A stretch of DNA of 32,000 nucleotides from Candidatus Heimdallarchaeota archaeon (GTDB lineage: Archaea; Asgardarchaeota; Heimdallarchaeia; JABLTI01). The stretch covers positions 18,239 through 50,238 of the forward strand of contig JAUWKS010000022.1 of the NCBI GenBank assembly GCA_030614005.1, given 5' to 3'. Shown in pieces: positions 18,647-27,542 of this stretch. The notes beneath the pieces are model-generated. The model searched no databases, was not told the DNA's origin, and saw only the letters and a list, made by a program, of their open reading frames with translations. Both the position numbers and the translations under genes were made by a program. How positions within the stretch are numbered: the stretch's first letter is position 1; each line of letters begins with the position of its first letter.

Positions 18647-21600
18647 ATGACTAAAAGTAAAATATACTGTTCCATAATTCTTTTTGTATTCTTGACTACA
18701 GGCTTTATTCCATTTATCTCAATAGAAGGTTCAAATAAAACAATCTTTTTCGATACAGTAATTTCAAGCAAGTTAGTTTTAGATCAGAATAATGATAAAA
18801 TAGATGATATCTTATCGCTTGAGCTAAAGAATACTAATTACCCGGTTGTAGATTTTGTACTAAAATACAACAAACCAATAACTTCCCTCGAAAAGCAAAG
18901 ATTGGTTAAAATGGGAGCTAAAATTCTTGGAAACTCCTGGGATTTAGGCAGAAGAGTACATATTTCTGCCAACAGAAAGATACTAAATGATTTAGTAAAA
19001 ATCACAGAAATATCGTATATTACAACTTCTGAAAAAAGATTGCTTATGATTGCAATTGAAGGAAATGATTTCAGTGATTTGCAGAACTTGGAGAAATATC
19101 CTAACGCAGAGATTTTTTGGCGTGTAGGATGCGCTCTCATTCCTTTTTATTCAGGAGCTGAAAATGATATTGCTAAAATCGGTTCCTATAGTATGATCGT
19201 CGATGCAACGGATATCTTCCTCAAAGCAACTTCTCTACCAGAGAATTCTGATGATTTTTCAATAAAAACTCTAGCTAATGCAGGTAATATTAATGCCTCT
19301 GCCTTATGGTCATTAGGTTACGATGGAACAGGAATTAAAATTGGAAATATTGATACTGGTATAAATGATGCCCACGTTGATTTCACTGGAAGAATTGCAG
19401 CAGCTCAAAGCTTTATTTTAACGATTTATGGTTACGAATCAGATGATACAACAACAACAGATCCTGACGGTCACGGTTCTCACACATCGGGAACAATTGC
19501 AGGTGATGGAACAAACGATTCTAGTTATATTGGCATTGCCCCTGATTGTGACATTTACTTTGCTAAAGTTGGCATATCAGCTACTCTTCCTTCGGTAATA
19601 GCAGCTTTAGATTGGCTACTCACTCAAGGAGTGGAAGTAGTTAATTTTAGTTATGGAGGAACAGACTCGACAGGTTTAGACATTGCTGAAATTGCTTTTA
19701 GAAACGCAGTAAGAAACAACGATGTTTTATGTTCAATATCAGCAGGTAATGAAGGAAATGATGGATATTATACTGCTAGTACCCCTGGTTCAACTGATGA
19801 TGTAATTACAGTTGGAAATGCAAATGATTGGAATAATCCTCCTACGATTGTTTCCTCAAGTTCAAGAGGTCCAACTGCTGATAATCATATGAAACCTGAT
19901 TTAATGGCTCCAGGTTACAATATCATGTCATGTAGACATGACAATGATGAATATATAAGCAAAAGTGGAACATCAATGGCTGCACCACAAATAACAGGTT
20001 CAATAGCCTTGCTAATTGAAGCGTGTAAAGATAATGGTATTGATTATAATCCTGGTTTACTTAAGGGTGCTTTAATGAAAACTGCCACTTTAATCACCCC
20101 TATAACAACAAGTAATATTCTCTCTCAAGGAAGAGGAGTGGCAAATGTTGGAGCAGCATGGAATTATATTTTAAAATCTGTGAAAGAAGGGACAACGCCG
20201 ATTGTAGGAGCTTGTAACCCGGTTCAAGAACCAATGTATTACTGGACATCTTTATTACAAGGGCAAATTGCAGAACAATATGTTACTTGTGTATCTCCTT
20301 TTACATCAGATTTATCCTTAGAAGTGAGTGGAAGTGCAGCAACATTTGTAACGATCAATGAAGTTCCGCAAGAATTTACTTCAATAGCAAAAGTTACTTT
20401 CGAGATTCCTATTGATGCCTCATTAGGATCTTATACTGGTCTATTTACTTTCAAATATTTAACATATACACTAGATACTGTAGCTATAGACCTTACAGTA
20501 ACTGAAAGCAATGGTCATCGCATGTTGTTAAATTATCGAACAACTGATTGGTCGAGTGACCACATGTATGGACAATATAAGGAATTTACTGAAGATATTC
20601 TCAACAATGAGTATGTTATTAGTGAACAGAATATTACTTTAGATAATCCTATGCTTGAAGATTATGAAGCGGTTTGGTTACCAGATCCATTCAATTACAA
20701 ATATCCTGACAGTGATTCTGGAGATTATTCTACTGTAATTACGAATCCCAACTGGGCTGCAGGAGAAATTGATGCGTTAACTAATTTTGTTGCAAATGGA
20801 GGGTCGGTTTTTCTCTGTTTCTTGGGTCAATTAAATCATCCAAGCGAAGATGTATTGATCTATACAAATATTAGTGCCGTTAACGAATTTACAGACTTGT
20901 ATGGTATTCATGTTCGTGATACAGTTTGGACAGGATCATCAACAGTGGACGTTAATACAGTTACAGATCATCCACTAACAGTTGGTGTTAATGCGATAAC
21001 CCACTATGGAGGATCACTAGCACTCTCTGGGGATGCTGTTCAGTTAACTGAGCTCTATTCTGGCTCGGAAAATGCAACTTGTGCGAGCACTCAGACAAGT
21101 AGTGGAGGACGTGTTATTGTTTTAACGACTAATTTTGTTCTCGATACAGATGGTTATGTAGATGGGTATTCAAGCGGTACGCAAAACAATCAATTTGGCA
21201 AGAATTTAGTTAGATGGGCAACTGCAAAACACCGAATAGAGAGAGTAAGTTCTATTGAAGAAAATGGGGTAATAACCTTAACATACAATTATTTGCACGG
21301 TCCCGGAGCAGATTTTGGCGGATATGTTGAAACACCAACAGAAGGACAATTAGCTCTCAATTGGACTGAAATATCCACAAATGTTTGGCAAACAAAGTAT
21401 TATTCTTCAGAGATTGGCACGCATTCTTTCAATCCAGAATGTGGTGCATCTGGTATTGACGATTATGATTATATCGAATTATATGCTACCCAAACAGCAA
21501 CACCTCCTGACCCTACAACACCACCAACAAGTACCCCAACAATTACTACAACACCAACAACTGAAGAGATAGGAATAATCATTCTATCAATAATAATTGG

Positions 21601-21655
21601 TGCTTTTGGTCTTGCATCATTCATTACTATTTTGAGAAAAAGAAGACTTGATTGA
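18647..21655 (+). CDS. Membrane-anchored S8 subtilisin-like serine protease with Ig-like and GATase-like C-terminal domains (Site-1-protease-like)
   Basis: Signal peptide and prodomain; catalytic triad NIDTG (Asp codon 19352), DGHGSHTSG (His 19472), GTSMAAP (Ser 19973); oxyanion SAGNEG; Pro/Thr linker; TM plus RKRR. ATG at 18647 is preferred. Confidence 0.93.
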   Translation: MTKSKIYCSIILFVFLTTGFIPFISIEGSNKTIFFDTVISSKLVLDQNNDKIDDILSLELKNTNYPVVDFVLKYNKPITSLEKQRLVKMGAKILGNSWDLGRRVHISANRKILNDLVKITEISYITTSEKRLLMIAIEGNDFSDLQNLEKYPNAEIFWRVGCALIPFYSGAENDIAKIGSYSMIVDATDIFLKATSLPENSDDFSIKTLANAGNINASALWSLGYDGTGIKIGNIDTGINDAHVDFTGRIAAAQSFILTIYGYESDDTTTTDPDGHGSHTSGTIAGDGTNDSSYIGIAPDCDIYFAKVGISATLPSVIAALDWLLTQGVEVVNFSYGGTDSTGLDIAEIAFRNAVRNNDVLCSISAGNEGNDGYYTASTPGSTDDVITVGNANDWNNPPTIVSSSSRGPTADNHMKPDLMAPGYNIMSCRHDNDEYISKSGTSMAAPQITGSIALLIEACKDNGIDYNPGLLKGALMKTATLITPITTSNILSQGRGVANVGAAWNYILKSVKEGTTPIVGACNPVQEPMYYWTSLLQGQIAEQYVTCVSPFTSDLSLEVSGSAATFVTINEVPQEFTSIAKVTFEIPIDASLGSYTGLFTFKYLTYTLDTVAIDLTVTESNGHRMLLNYRTTDWSSDHMYGQYKEFTEDILNNEYVISEQNITLDNPMLEDYEAVWLPDPFNYKYPDSDSGDYSTVITNPNWAAGEIDALTNFVANGGSVFLCFLGQLNHPSEDVLIYTNISAVNEFTDLYGIHVRDTVWTGSSTVDVNTVTDHPLTVGVNAITHYGGSLALSGDAVQLTELYSGSENATCASTQTSSGGRVIVLTTNFVLDTDGYVDGYSSGTQNNQFGKNLVRWATAKHRIERVSSIEENGVITLTYNYLHGPGADFGGYVETPTEGQLALNWTEISTNVWQTKYYSSEIGTHSFNPECGASGIDDYDYIELYATQTATPPDPTTPPTSTPTITTTPTTEEIGIIILSIIIGAFGLASFITILRKRRLD
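21495..21570 (+). repeat. Low-complexity Pro/Thr-coding linker (ACA/CCA repeats)
   Basis: Encodes TATPPDPTTPPTSTPTITTTPTT just before the TM anchor. Confidence 0.7.
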
Positions 21656-21656
21656 C

Positions 21657-21686
21657 ATTTCTGAGATGTAATTATTTCTCAGAAAT
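21657..21686 (+). terminator. Inverted repeat after the protease gene
   Basis: ATTTCTGAGA (21657-21666) / TCTCAGAAAT (21677-21686), a perfect 10-bp stem immediately after the stop codon, followed by T-rich sequence. Confidence 0.6.
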
Positions 21687-21785
21687 TCTTTCCAAATACT
21701 ACCAACGATTCTTTCTTTCTGTTATAACAGTAACAATTAGTTATTCTTTTTATACAATAAAGTCAAAGTAAGAATAGGTAAAATA

Positions 21786-22356
21786 ATGATTGATGACAAA
21801 GAGAAGATTACAGTTCATTTTACAGAAGAATTTAAAGAAAGTAAAAAAATGTTCATAGAAGGATTTCACTTAAAAATAGTATTGATTATTATTTACCTTT
21901 TTGCAACATTGTTATTTTCTGGTGGAATATTTATGCTATTCTCCACTCTTTCGATTCCACCAGAAGAATTTGGAAATACCCTTAAAGTTGTAGAATTGTA
22001 TACTTATATCACAGCATTAATAGTAATTAGCATGTTAATGTACTCAACACCATTAATGTTCAATAGAATATTTAAAAAAACACTGGAAAAATTACCATTC
22101 AAAAGAAAATTTTTGGGTGATTTCTACCGAGCAAATTCTAATTCGTTCTGATTTCAATGAAGATATTCTTACCTGGAAAGATATTTCCAAAGTTCGGGAA
22201 GTTGATAATTACTTCAAATTTTTCATTAGTACAGGCAAAATCAATTTACCAGTATTTTTACCGAAACGATCTTTAGATCAAGATCGAATCATTGCAATTA
22301 GAAACATTATTCAAAAAACGATTGACCCAAAAAATGTTAGATTACAATCAGAGTAA
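21786..22356 (+). pseudogene. YcxB-like membrane protein split by a frameshift at an A7 run
   Basis: ORF 21786-22151 gives two TMs; ORF 22117-22356 gives a YcxB-like domain (LTWKDISKVREVDNYFKFF...VFLPKRSL). Removing one A from 22074-22080 joins them into about 189 aa. Confidence 0.75.
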
Positions 22357-22446
22357 TTTAACAAATAGTTTCCATTTTTTGCTTATTCACTTATAGTTTA
22401 AAGATTTAAAACGATTATTTGGATTACTAGCAAGATAATCTGGTTT

Positions 22447-22710
22447 TCAATCACGTTCACGTCTACGTTTTCTATTACGTTTGAGAAATTTCTGATGGTA
22501 ACTTGGTTCATCATCATCAAATAAGCTAGATTTATTATGTGGGGGACCTCTTACGTTAGGAAATAAAATCGCAAGAATAATTCCAATAACAAATAAAACT
22601 GCTGCAACAATTAGAAAAATCTTTAACACTTGATCAAAATCAGGCGATGGATTTAACAGATCACTTCCTATAGGCCAACTAGTTGTCGCTAAAATAATCA
22701 CCTCTAACAC
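22447..22710 (-). CDS. Small single-TM hypothetical protein with a basic C-tail
   Basis: One 20-residue hydrophobic stretch, then an acidic patch and KRNRKRRRERD. The start codon is uncertain. Confidence 0.6.
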   Translation of the reverse strand: MLEVIILATTSWPIGSDLLNPSPDFDQVLKIFLIVAAVLFVIGIILAILFPNVRGPPHNKSSLFDDDEPSYHQKFLKRNRKRRRERD

Positions 22711-22812
22711 TAGGTAAAAGAAATTAAGTATTTGTAAAATTGTTTTGTCCCCAAACAGCTCAATGTAGATTGTACTTTTAATGTTTATAAAACTAATTAA
22801 ATTTTTTCTAGA

Positions 22813-24744
22813 TTAGTTTGTTTTTCTTTTGCTACGAATAGTATAAATGACAAACATTCCGATTACTGGTAAAATGATAAAATATGTAAATCCTAAATGC
22901 TTCTGATGTGAAATGGTTAATGTGTATTCAGTTGGAATCATGGGTATTCCATCAGGTAAAGTATTCTGTATTAGAAGGTAATAATTTCCCGACAAAGCAA
23001 TTTTGAATTCAATTTCTTCAATTGATTCTTGTGATTCACTTTTCGCTATTATTCTTTCAACTTGTGAATCTTCAAAAACAATTAAATAAAGATCTAAATC
23101 AATTACAATATTACTAAAAGTGATTGATATCCTTAGTCTATATCCTTTTTCTAGGGTGATATTGAAATAATCTCTATCTGCATATTTTAAATCATAAGAA
23201 TTATCAGTAATTTCTATCTTTGCTGCTTCCAATATTTCATCATTTTCTTCAAATTCGTCATCAAAATTTTCGGTATAAAGCGTTACTGTCATATTGTATT
23301 CAGGTTGCGAAGTCCCAATTTCCCATGGGAAAACGTGAATGTAGTAATAGCCACTACTTAAACAGACAAAACTTAATTCCAAAGGATTTCCACTACCTTC
23401 AGAGTAAGCGACTCTTGCCTTATTTTCAGTATAGAGGTCTACATCAAATACTTCCGAATAATCAAAATTGACTGTAATCTCAAGCTTATCAGTTCCTTGT
23501 AGATAAATTTTGTAATAATCATCATCTAATCCTATTAGAAAATAGGTTGTATTTAATCTATCAATATAACTTGCTTCCTCTAATTGGTCGTTAGGTTCAA
23601 AACTATCATCTAAATTCAATGGAAAGGAAGGTATCTCAATTGATTCCAAGTCATAGTCTATTGTTTCATTTGTAGGATAGATATCTAAACTTAGAGCATT
23701 ACCATCTATCTCATAGGTTCCTAGTTCATCCCAATTTGACCAGTAATTCCCTGTTTCACCATCTTCATTGTACCAAGTGTTATTACACCCTTGATCCATC
23801 CCTTGAGATATTGTAGCATTACCACTCACATTGTCTATTAGATTATTATGATGTATTAGGTTATTACAACAATAGTAACTGGAGAGAGAGACTCCATAAT
23901 CACAACAATCATTAATATTATTGTAAATAATTATATTATTTGATGACTGTTCTAAAAATAAGCCATCTCCATTAGTATTGTTATGAATATAGTTACCTAT
24001 AATGTTATTATAAAAACAATTTTCGAGTTGGAATGCCCCATCTCCAGAATTATTTAGACTGGTATTATTTACTATATTATTGAATAAACAATTGTAAACT
24101 AAGACACTAGTATTACAGTTTGTCAAAATATTGTTTGAAATAATACTCTCTCTCATATGTCCAAGAGTAATACCCCGGCAAATTGAAGGATATTCTAAAT
24201 CTACCCCAATAAAGTGATTATCTCTGACAGTTACATAATAGCAAATGCAAACGTAAATTCCATTATTATTTTTTATACCAGAATTGGAAATAATTTCTAC
24301 TCCATTACTTTCTTCAACGTAAATCCCATTACTATTCAACGTAAGAAAATTATTTTCAATTCTACCCGTTCCATTAGCTATTGCCTCAATATGGATACCA
24401 AATAATTTTTGTCCAATGAAACAGTTTCGTATAATGAAATGTGCTGTTGTCTCTTCAACAAGTATTCCCGTATGTGAAGAAAAAGCACTATTATTTAAAT
24501 TTTCAATGATGTAGGGGCTATTTCTAGATCCATCTCCTGAACATCCATAGGTAATAAAACCTTGGTCTGAAGTTATGGATACATCCCCAGATTCAACAAG
24601 CGATTTTTGGTTATTTGTTACTATCTGTCCTTCAACAAATTGCTTCGATAATGAACTATTATTTGATACAGAATAAAATATCGTTCCTAAAAGCATTAGG
24701 AATGACAGAAAAATTATTGATAAGATTTTTCCCTTTCTTTTCAT
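22813..24744 (-). CDS. Surface protein: NosD-like right-handed beta-helix, two PPC-like domains and a CTERM-like anchor
   Basis: Signal peptide; GDGSRNSPYIIEN; NN/GIY beta-helix repeats; GNYWSNW; duplicated DDSFEPND / DDEFEEND, DYY/DYF and DVDLY/DLDLY; GFTYF-TM-RSKRK. ATG at 24744 with GGGAG SD. Confidence 0.85.
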   Translation of the reverse strand: MKRKGKILSIIFLSFLMLLGTIFYSVSNNSSLSKQFVEGQIVTNNQKSLVESGDVSITSDQGFITYGCSGDGSRNSPYIIENLNNSAFSSHTGILVEETTAHFIIRNCFIGQKLFGIHIEAIANGTGRIENNFLTLNSNGIYVEESNGVEIISNSGIKNNNGIYVCICYYVTVRDNHFIGVDLEYPSICRGITLGHMRESIISNNILTNCNTSVLVYNCLFNNIVNNTSLNNSGDGAFQLENCFYNNIIGNYIHNNTNGDGLFLEQSSNNIIIYNNINDCCDYGVSLSSYYCCNNLIHHNNLIDNVSGNATISQGMDQGCNNTWYNEDGETGNYWSNWDELGTYEIDGNALSLDIYPTNETIDYDLESIEIPSFPLNLDDSFEPNDQLEEASYIDRLNTTYFLIGLDDDYYKIYLQGTDKLEITVNFDYSEVFDVDLYTENKARVAYSEGSGNPLELSFVCLSSGYYYIHVFPWEIGTSQPEYNMTVTLYTENFDDEFEENDEILEAAKIEITDNSYDLKYADRDYFNITLEKGYRLRISITFSNIVIDLDLYLIVFEDSQVERIIAKSESQESIEEIEFKIALSGNYYLLIQNTLPDGIPMIPTEYTLTISHQKHLGFTYFIILPVIGMFVIYTIRSKRKTN

Positions 24745-24838
24745 AGTTTTCTCCCAAGTCAATAATGATTATAATAAACTTTAAAGATTGTTAACAGTTT
24801 ACACATAAAATTCTGTTTTGTGGATTAATTATATTTAA

Positions 24839-25312
24839 ATGCTTCAAGAGTCCTATGATTTACAGAAACGTTACAGAGAGAGAGCAATGGTAGAGAAAAC
24901 AGCATTGGAAATTGCTTGTGTAGAGGTTGTGGGTGAGACAAGCAAAGAATATTATCAATTACTATCCAATTTATTATTGCTAAATTTCTCGTTCATTCAA
25001 AAAAATGATCCTCGATTATCAGCAAAAGTAACTGCAATTCTTTTTGATGATGAATTAACAGATAAGTCTCATCTAATATGTGAATTTATTGAAAATGCAG
25101 AATTAAATAAAGCATTTAGTAAATCAGATGTAGAGAAAACTAAGAAATTGTTGGATAGGGATCCAAAATTAACTAACTCAATCTTAATAGCTGACAAACT
25201 TAAAAAACAAGTTGAAAATAAAGAGTTTTTTGATTTATTGAAAAGTAATCTAAAGAATGACTGGGATAAGCATATTAACGCTGCGAGGATTAGCCAAATT
25301 GGCAGATATTGA
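24839..25312 (+). CDS. Hypothetical protein (helical)
   Basis: 157-aa ORF with normal composition and no recognised motif. Confidence 0.65.
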   Translation: MLQESYDLQKRYRERAMVEKTALEIACVEVVGETSKEYYQLLSNLLLLNFSFIQKNDPRLSAKVTAILFDDELTDKSHLICEFIENAELNKAFSKSDVEKTKKLLDRDPKLTNSILIADKLKKQVENKEFFDLLKSNLKNDWDKHINAARISQIGRY

Positions 25313-25455
25313 TTTCATCTTCAATGTTAGTGTCTTATATAGAAGACCAATATTTAAGAAGAAACTAATTTAAAGATAACACTTTTTTCCAATCTCAATT
25401 AAGATGAAGTTTCTGTTCGAAAACCATTTCTCAAAATCATTTTGAAAGAATTAAA

Positions 25456-25486
25456 CCGGACGAGGGCTAACTGCCCCCGTCGCGGG
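25456..25486 (-). other. GC-rich hairpin (terminator-like on the minus strand, or part of an ncRNA)
   Basis: Minus strand CCG-C-GACGGGGGC-AGTTA-GCCCTCGTC-CGG followed by TTTAATTCTTT; 9-bp stem with one G-U pair plus 3 bp. Confidence 0.55.
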
Positions 25487-25519
25487 AAAAGGGAGTTTAA
25501 ATAGGGGAGAGAGGTTTTT

Positions 25520-25570
25520 ATGGGGAGAGTCCAAGATATAATAGAATTAGTTCTTAGACTCTTGAGTTGA
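25520..25570 (+). CDS. Candidate 16-aa amphipathic peptide MGRVQDIIELVLRLLS
   Basis: ATG at 25520 directly after GGGGAGAGAGGT (SD-like); helical hydrophobic periodicity. Not in the ORF track because of its size. Confidence 0.35.
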   Translation: MGRVQDIIELVLRLLS

Positions 25571-25702
25571 TTCTAGTGCACCCTCCTTAAAAAACTTTTG
25601 GAAATGAAATGGGTATTAGATATTTTTCCGTCATTTTTCGGAATAATTATATTGTTAAGTTTTACTCATTTATTGTGTCTTCTGTTTTTCGATTTGTTTT
25701 AA

Positions 25703-26059
25703 TTATTCTAACAATACTTCCTTTTCAGGGTCATAAGGTGGATTTACTATCATTAAAAATGTTAATTTTCTTCTTCCTGTATTAGTTATTTTTTGAACAG
25801 CATTTTCTGGTATTACTATAACGTCTCCTTTTGCTATTGAATGATCAAAACTATTGACTGTTATTATTCCCTTCCCAGAGATGATATAGTACAATTCTTT
25901 CATTGTCATTGTATGTTGTTTGTTACTTTTTTTTCGTTTTAATTCACCATAGGCCAAACTATAATCTTTATTAATTTCTATTTCAGCGATGAGTGTTCCA
26001 TCTGGACTTTTGAAGCTATTTTGTTCGTCCAAGTCCTCTGGTAATTTCATTATTTTCAT
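25703..26059 (-). CDS. Cupin-domain protein (mannose-6-phosphate isomerase-like)
   Basis: HTMTMKELYYIISGKGIITV and GDVIVIPENAVQKITNTG cupin motifs. Confidence 0.88.
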   Translation of the reverse strand: MKIMKLPEDLDEQNSFKSPDGTLIAEIEINKDYSLAYGELKRKKSNKQHTMTMKELYYIISGKGIITVNSFDHSIAKGDVIVIPENAVQKITNTGRRKLTFLMIVNPPYDPEKEVLLE

Positions 26060-26147
26060 TTTCTTATCCTCTGGTTGGTTTCAATATTAATCGAAAGTTG
26101 TTTTTGGTTTTTGATTGTGTAGTGCTTTTTTCAGCTGTTTTTACGTT

Positions 26148-26660
26148 TCACTCACAAAGTTTTGCTTGTAGTATCTTTGTTATTTTATTACGATTTTTTT
26201 CAGTAATATAATATAAATCTGAATCCTCTCTATTTTTTATTTCTTTAACATAGTTTCCTCCGCCTTTCATTGTAATTGATGCAACTACATTTCCTTTCTC
26301 TAAACATTCTAATAATTTTTCTTTGAATTTTTCTGAGTAAAGTTCCATCTTTCCAATTTCGTCTATTATTATTATCTCTGCTTCTACGCTTAATTCTGGT
26401 AAAATAATTCGCTCAAATTCGTTCACATCGACAAAATATTTTCCTACTTTCCACCCGGTTTTAATATTCATATGAGCGAGCACTCCGGGTTCATCTGTGC
26501 TTAAAGTCATTACTCTGAAACCAACACGTATTCCTTTAGTATTCATTATTTCTTCTGTATAAAATCCAGCAATTGTTTTGGAACAATTTTCTATTAGTTT
26601 CTTAATTAGAGTTGTTTTCCCTGATTTTGGATACCCAGTTATTAGAATATTTTTTTTCAA
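26148..26660 (-). CDS. Nucleoside triphosphatase (NTPase_1/THEP1 family)
   Basis: ILITGYPKSGKTT, GFYTEE, RVGFRV, VGKYFVD and IIIDEIGKMEL.SEKF. Confidence 0.93.
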   Translation of the reverse strand: MKKNILITGYPKSGKTTLIKKLIENCSKTIAGFYTEEIMNTKGIRVGFRVMTLSTDEPGVLAHMNIKTGWKVGKYFVDVNEFERIILPELSVEAEIIIIDEIGKMELYSEKFKEKLLECLEKGNVVASITMKGGGNYVKEIKNREDSDLYYITEKNRNKITKILQAKLCE

Positions 26661-26743
26661 TGCAATACATCCTTGTCTTCGATCAGCAATCTATCAGATA
26701 ATTATTTACTGTCTTGTTTTTATTTAACAATTACTTTAAAGAT

Positions 26744-26764
26744 TTAAGCTTCAAAATGTTTTTC
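26744..26764 (+). promoter_or_regulatory. 21-bp upstream element, copy 1 (TTAAGCTTCAAAATGTTTTTC)
   Basis: Identical to 27404-27424; 140 bp upstream of the first zinc-ribbon ATG. Confidence 0.5.
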
Positions 26765-26883
26765 TACTGCAATATCTAAGAGCTTTTGCATTGGTTAATT
26801 CCAACCCTTTTAATAGAAGAGTGATCTAATGTACATTAATACTGTTTACTAACATAATTACAATGGAGATTATTAATTAAATA

Positions 26884-27345
26884 ATGACAAAATTCTGTAT
26901 CAATTGTGGAGAAAAAGTTAAGAAAACGGATATTTTCTGTCCGTTCTGTGGAGGAGACATTAACAAAGAACAACCTTCTACACAGGATCTAAAAATGGAT
27001 ACTACTGTTTGTTCTACTTGTTATGCTGTTAATAAGGCAAGTACTGTATTCTGCGAAAGTTGTGGGAATTCAATTGATAGTTTTTCTTCATCTTCAACAG
27101 GAAGCTATGGTAGTACAACTAGCACAACAACAGAACCAACTCGCAAATGGTACATACCACCTAAACGAACAAAATGGTACAAGCCACCTAAAAGAACACG
27201 ATCTGCAAAACATCCTGCGGAATGGTTTTTCTGGACAGGTTGGGGGTTCTACGTCTTGATTAGAGGTATTTTGTGGGTCCTTTGGTATGTCTTCAGACTA
27301 TTTTTGCGTATGAAAGGAAGAAGATATTTTTACGTTAAAAAGTAA
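26884..27345 (+). CDS. Double zinc-ribbon protein with a C-terminal membrane segment, paralog 1
   Basis: CINC, CPFC, CSTC, CESC; Ser/Thr linker; KWYxPPKRT present twice (27-bp tandem repeat, 27145-27198); hydrophobic Trp/Arg-rich C-terminus. Confidence 0.85.
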   Translation: MTKFCINCGEKVKKTDIFCPFCGGDINKEQPSTQDLKMDTTVCSTCYAVNKASTVFCESCGNSIDSFSSSSTGSYGSTTSTTTEPTRKWYIPPKRTKWYKPPKRTRSAKHPAEWFFWTGWGFYVLIRGILWVLWYVFRLFLRMKGRRYFYVKK

Positions 27346-27403
27346 GAAGGTTCATGTCAAATCCTTTATTTGACACTTCATTATTTTTTTTATTAACCAA
27401 TAC

Positions 27404-27424
27404 TTAAGCTTCAAAATGTTTTTC
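27404..27424 (+). promoter_or_regulatory. 21-bp upstream element, copy 2
   Basis: Identical to 26744-26764; 139 bp upstream of ATG 27543. Confidence 0.5.
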
Positions 27425-27542
27425 CAATAAAGTATCGGTGGACTCTTTTGTATTGATTGTTTCCAATCTTTTTAATAGAAGTAACTTTATCTATTGTATT
27501 GTTTGCAGACTTATCAGTTACAAGGAGTTTGTTATTTTAACA

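Noticed and set aside
25604-25702. 32-aa hydrophobic ORF MKWVLDIFPSFFGIIILLSFTHLLCLLFFDLF
   Set aside because: The SD is weak and the hydrophobicity is explained by T-rich sequence antisense to the cupin 3' region. Worth revisiting only if the neighbouring peptide locus is confirmed.
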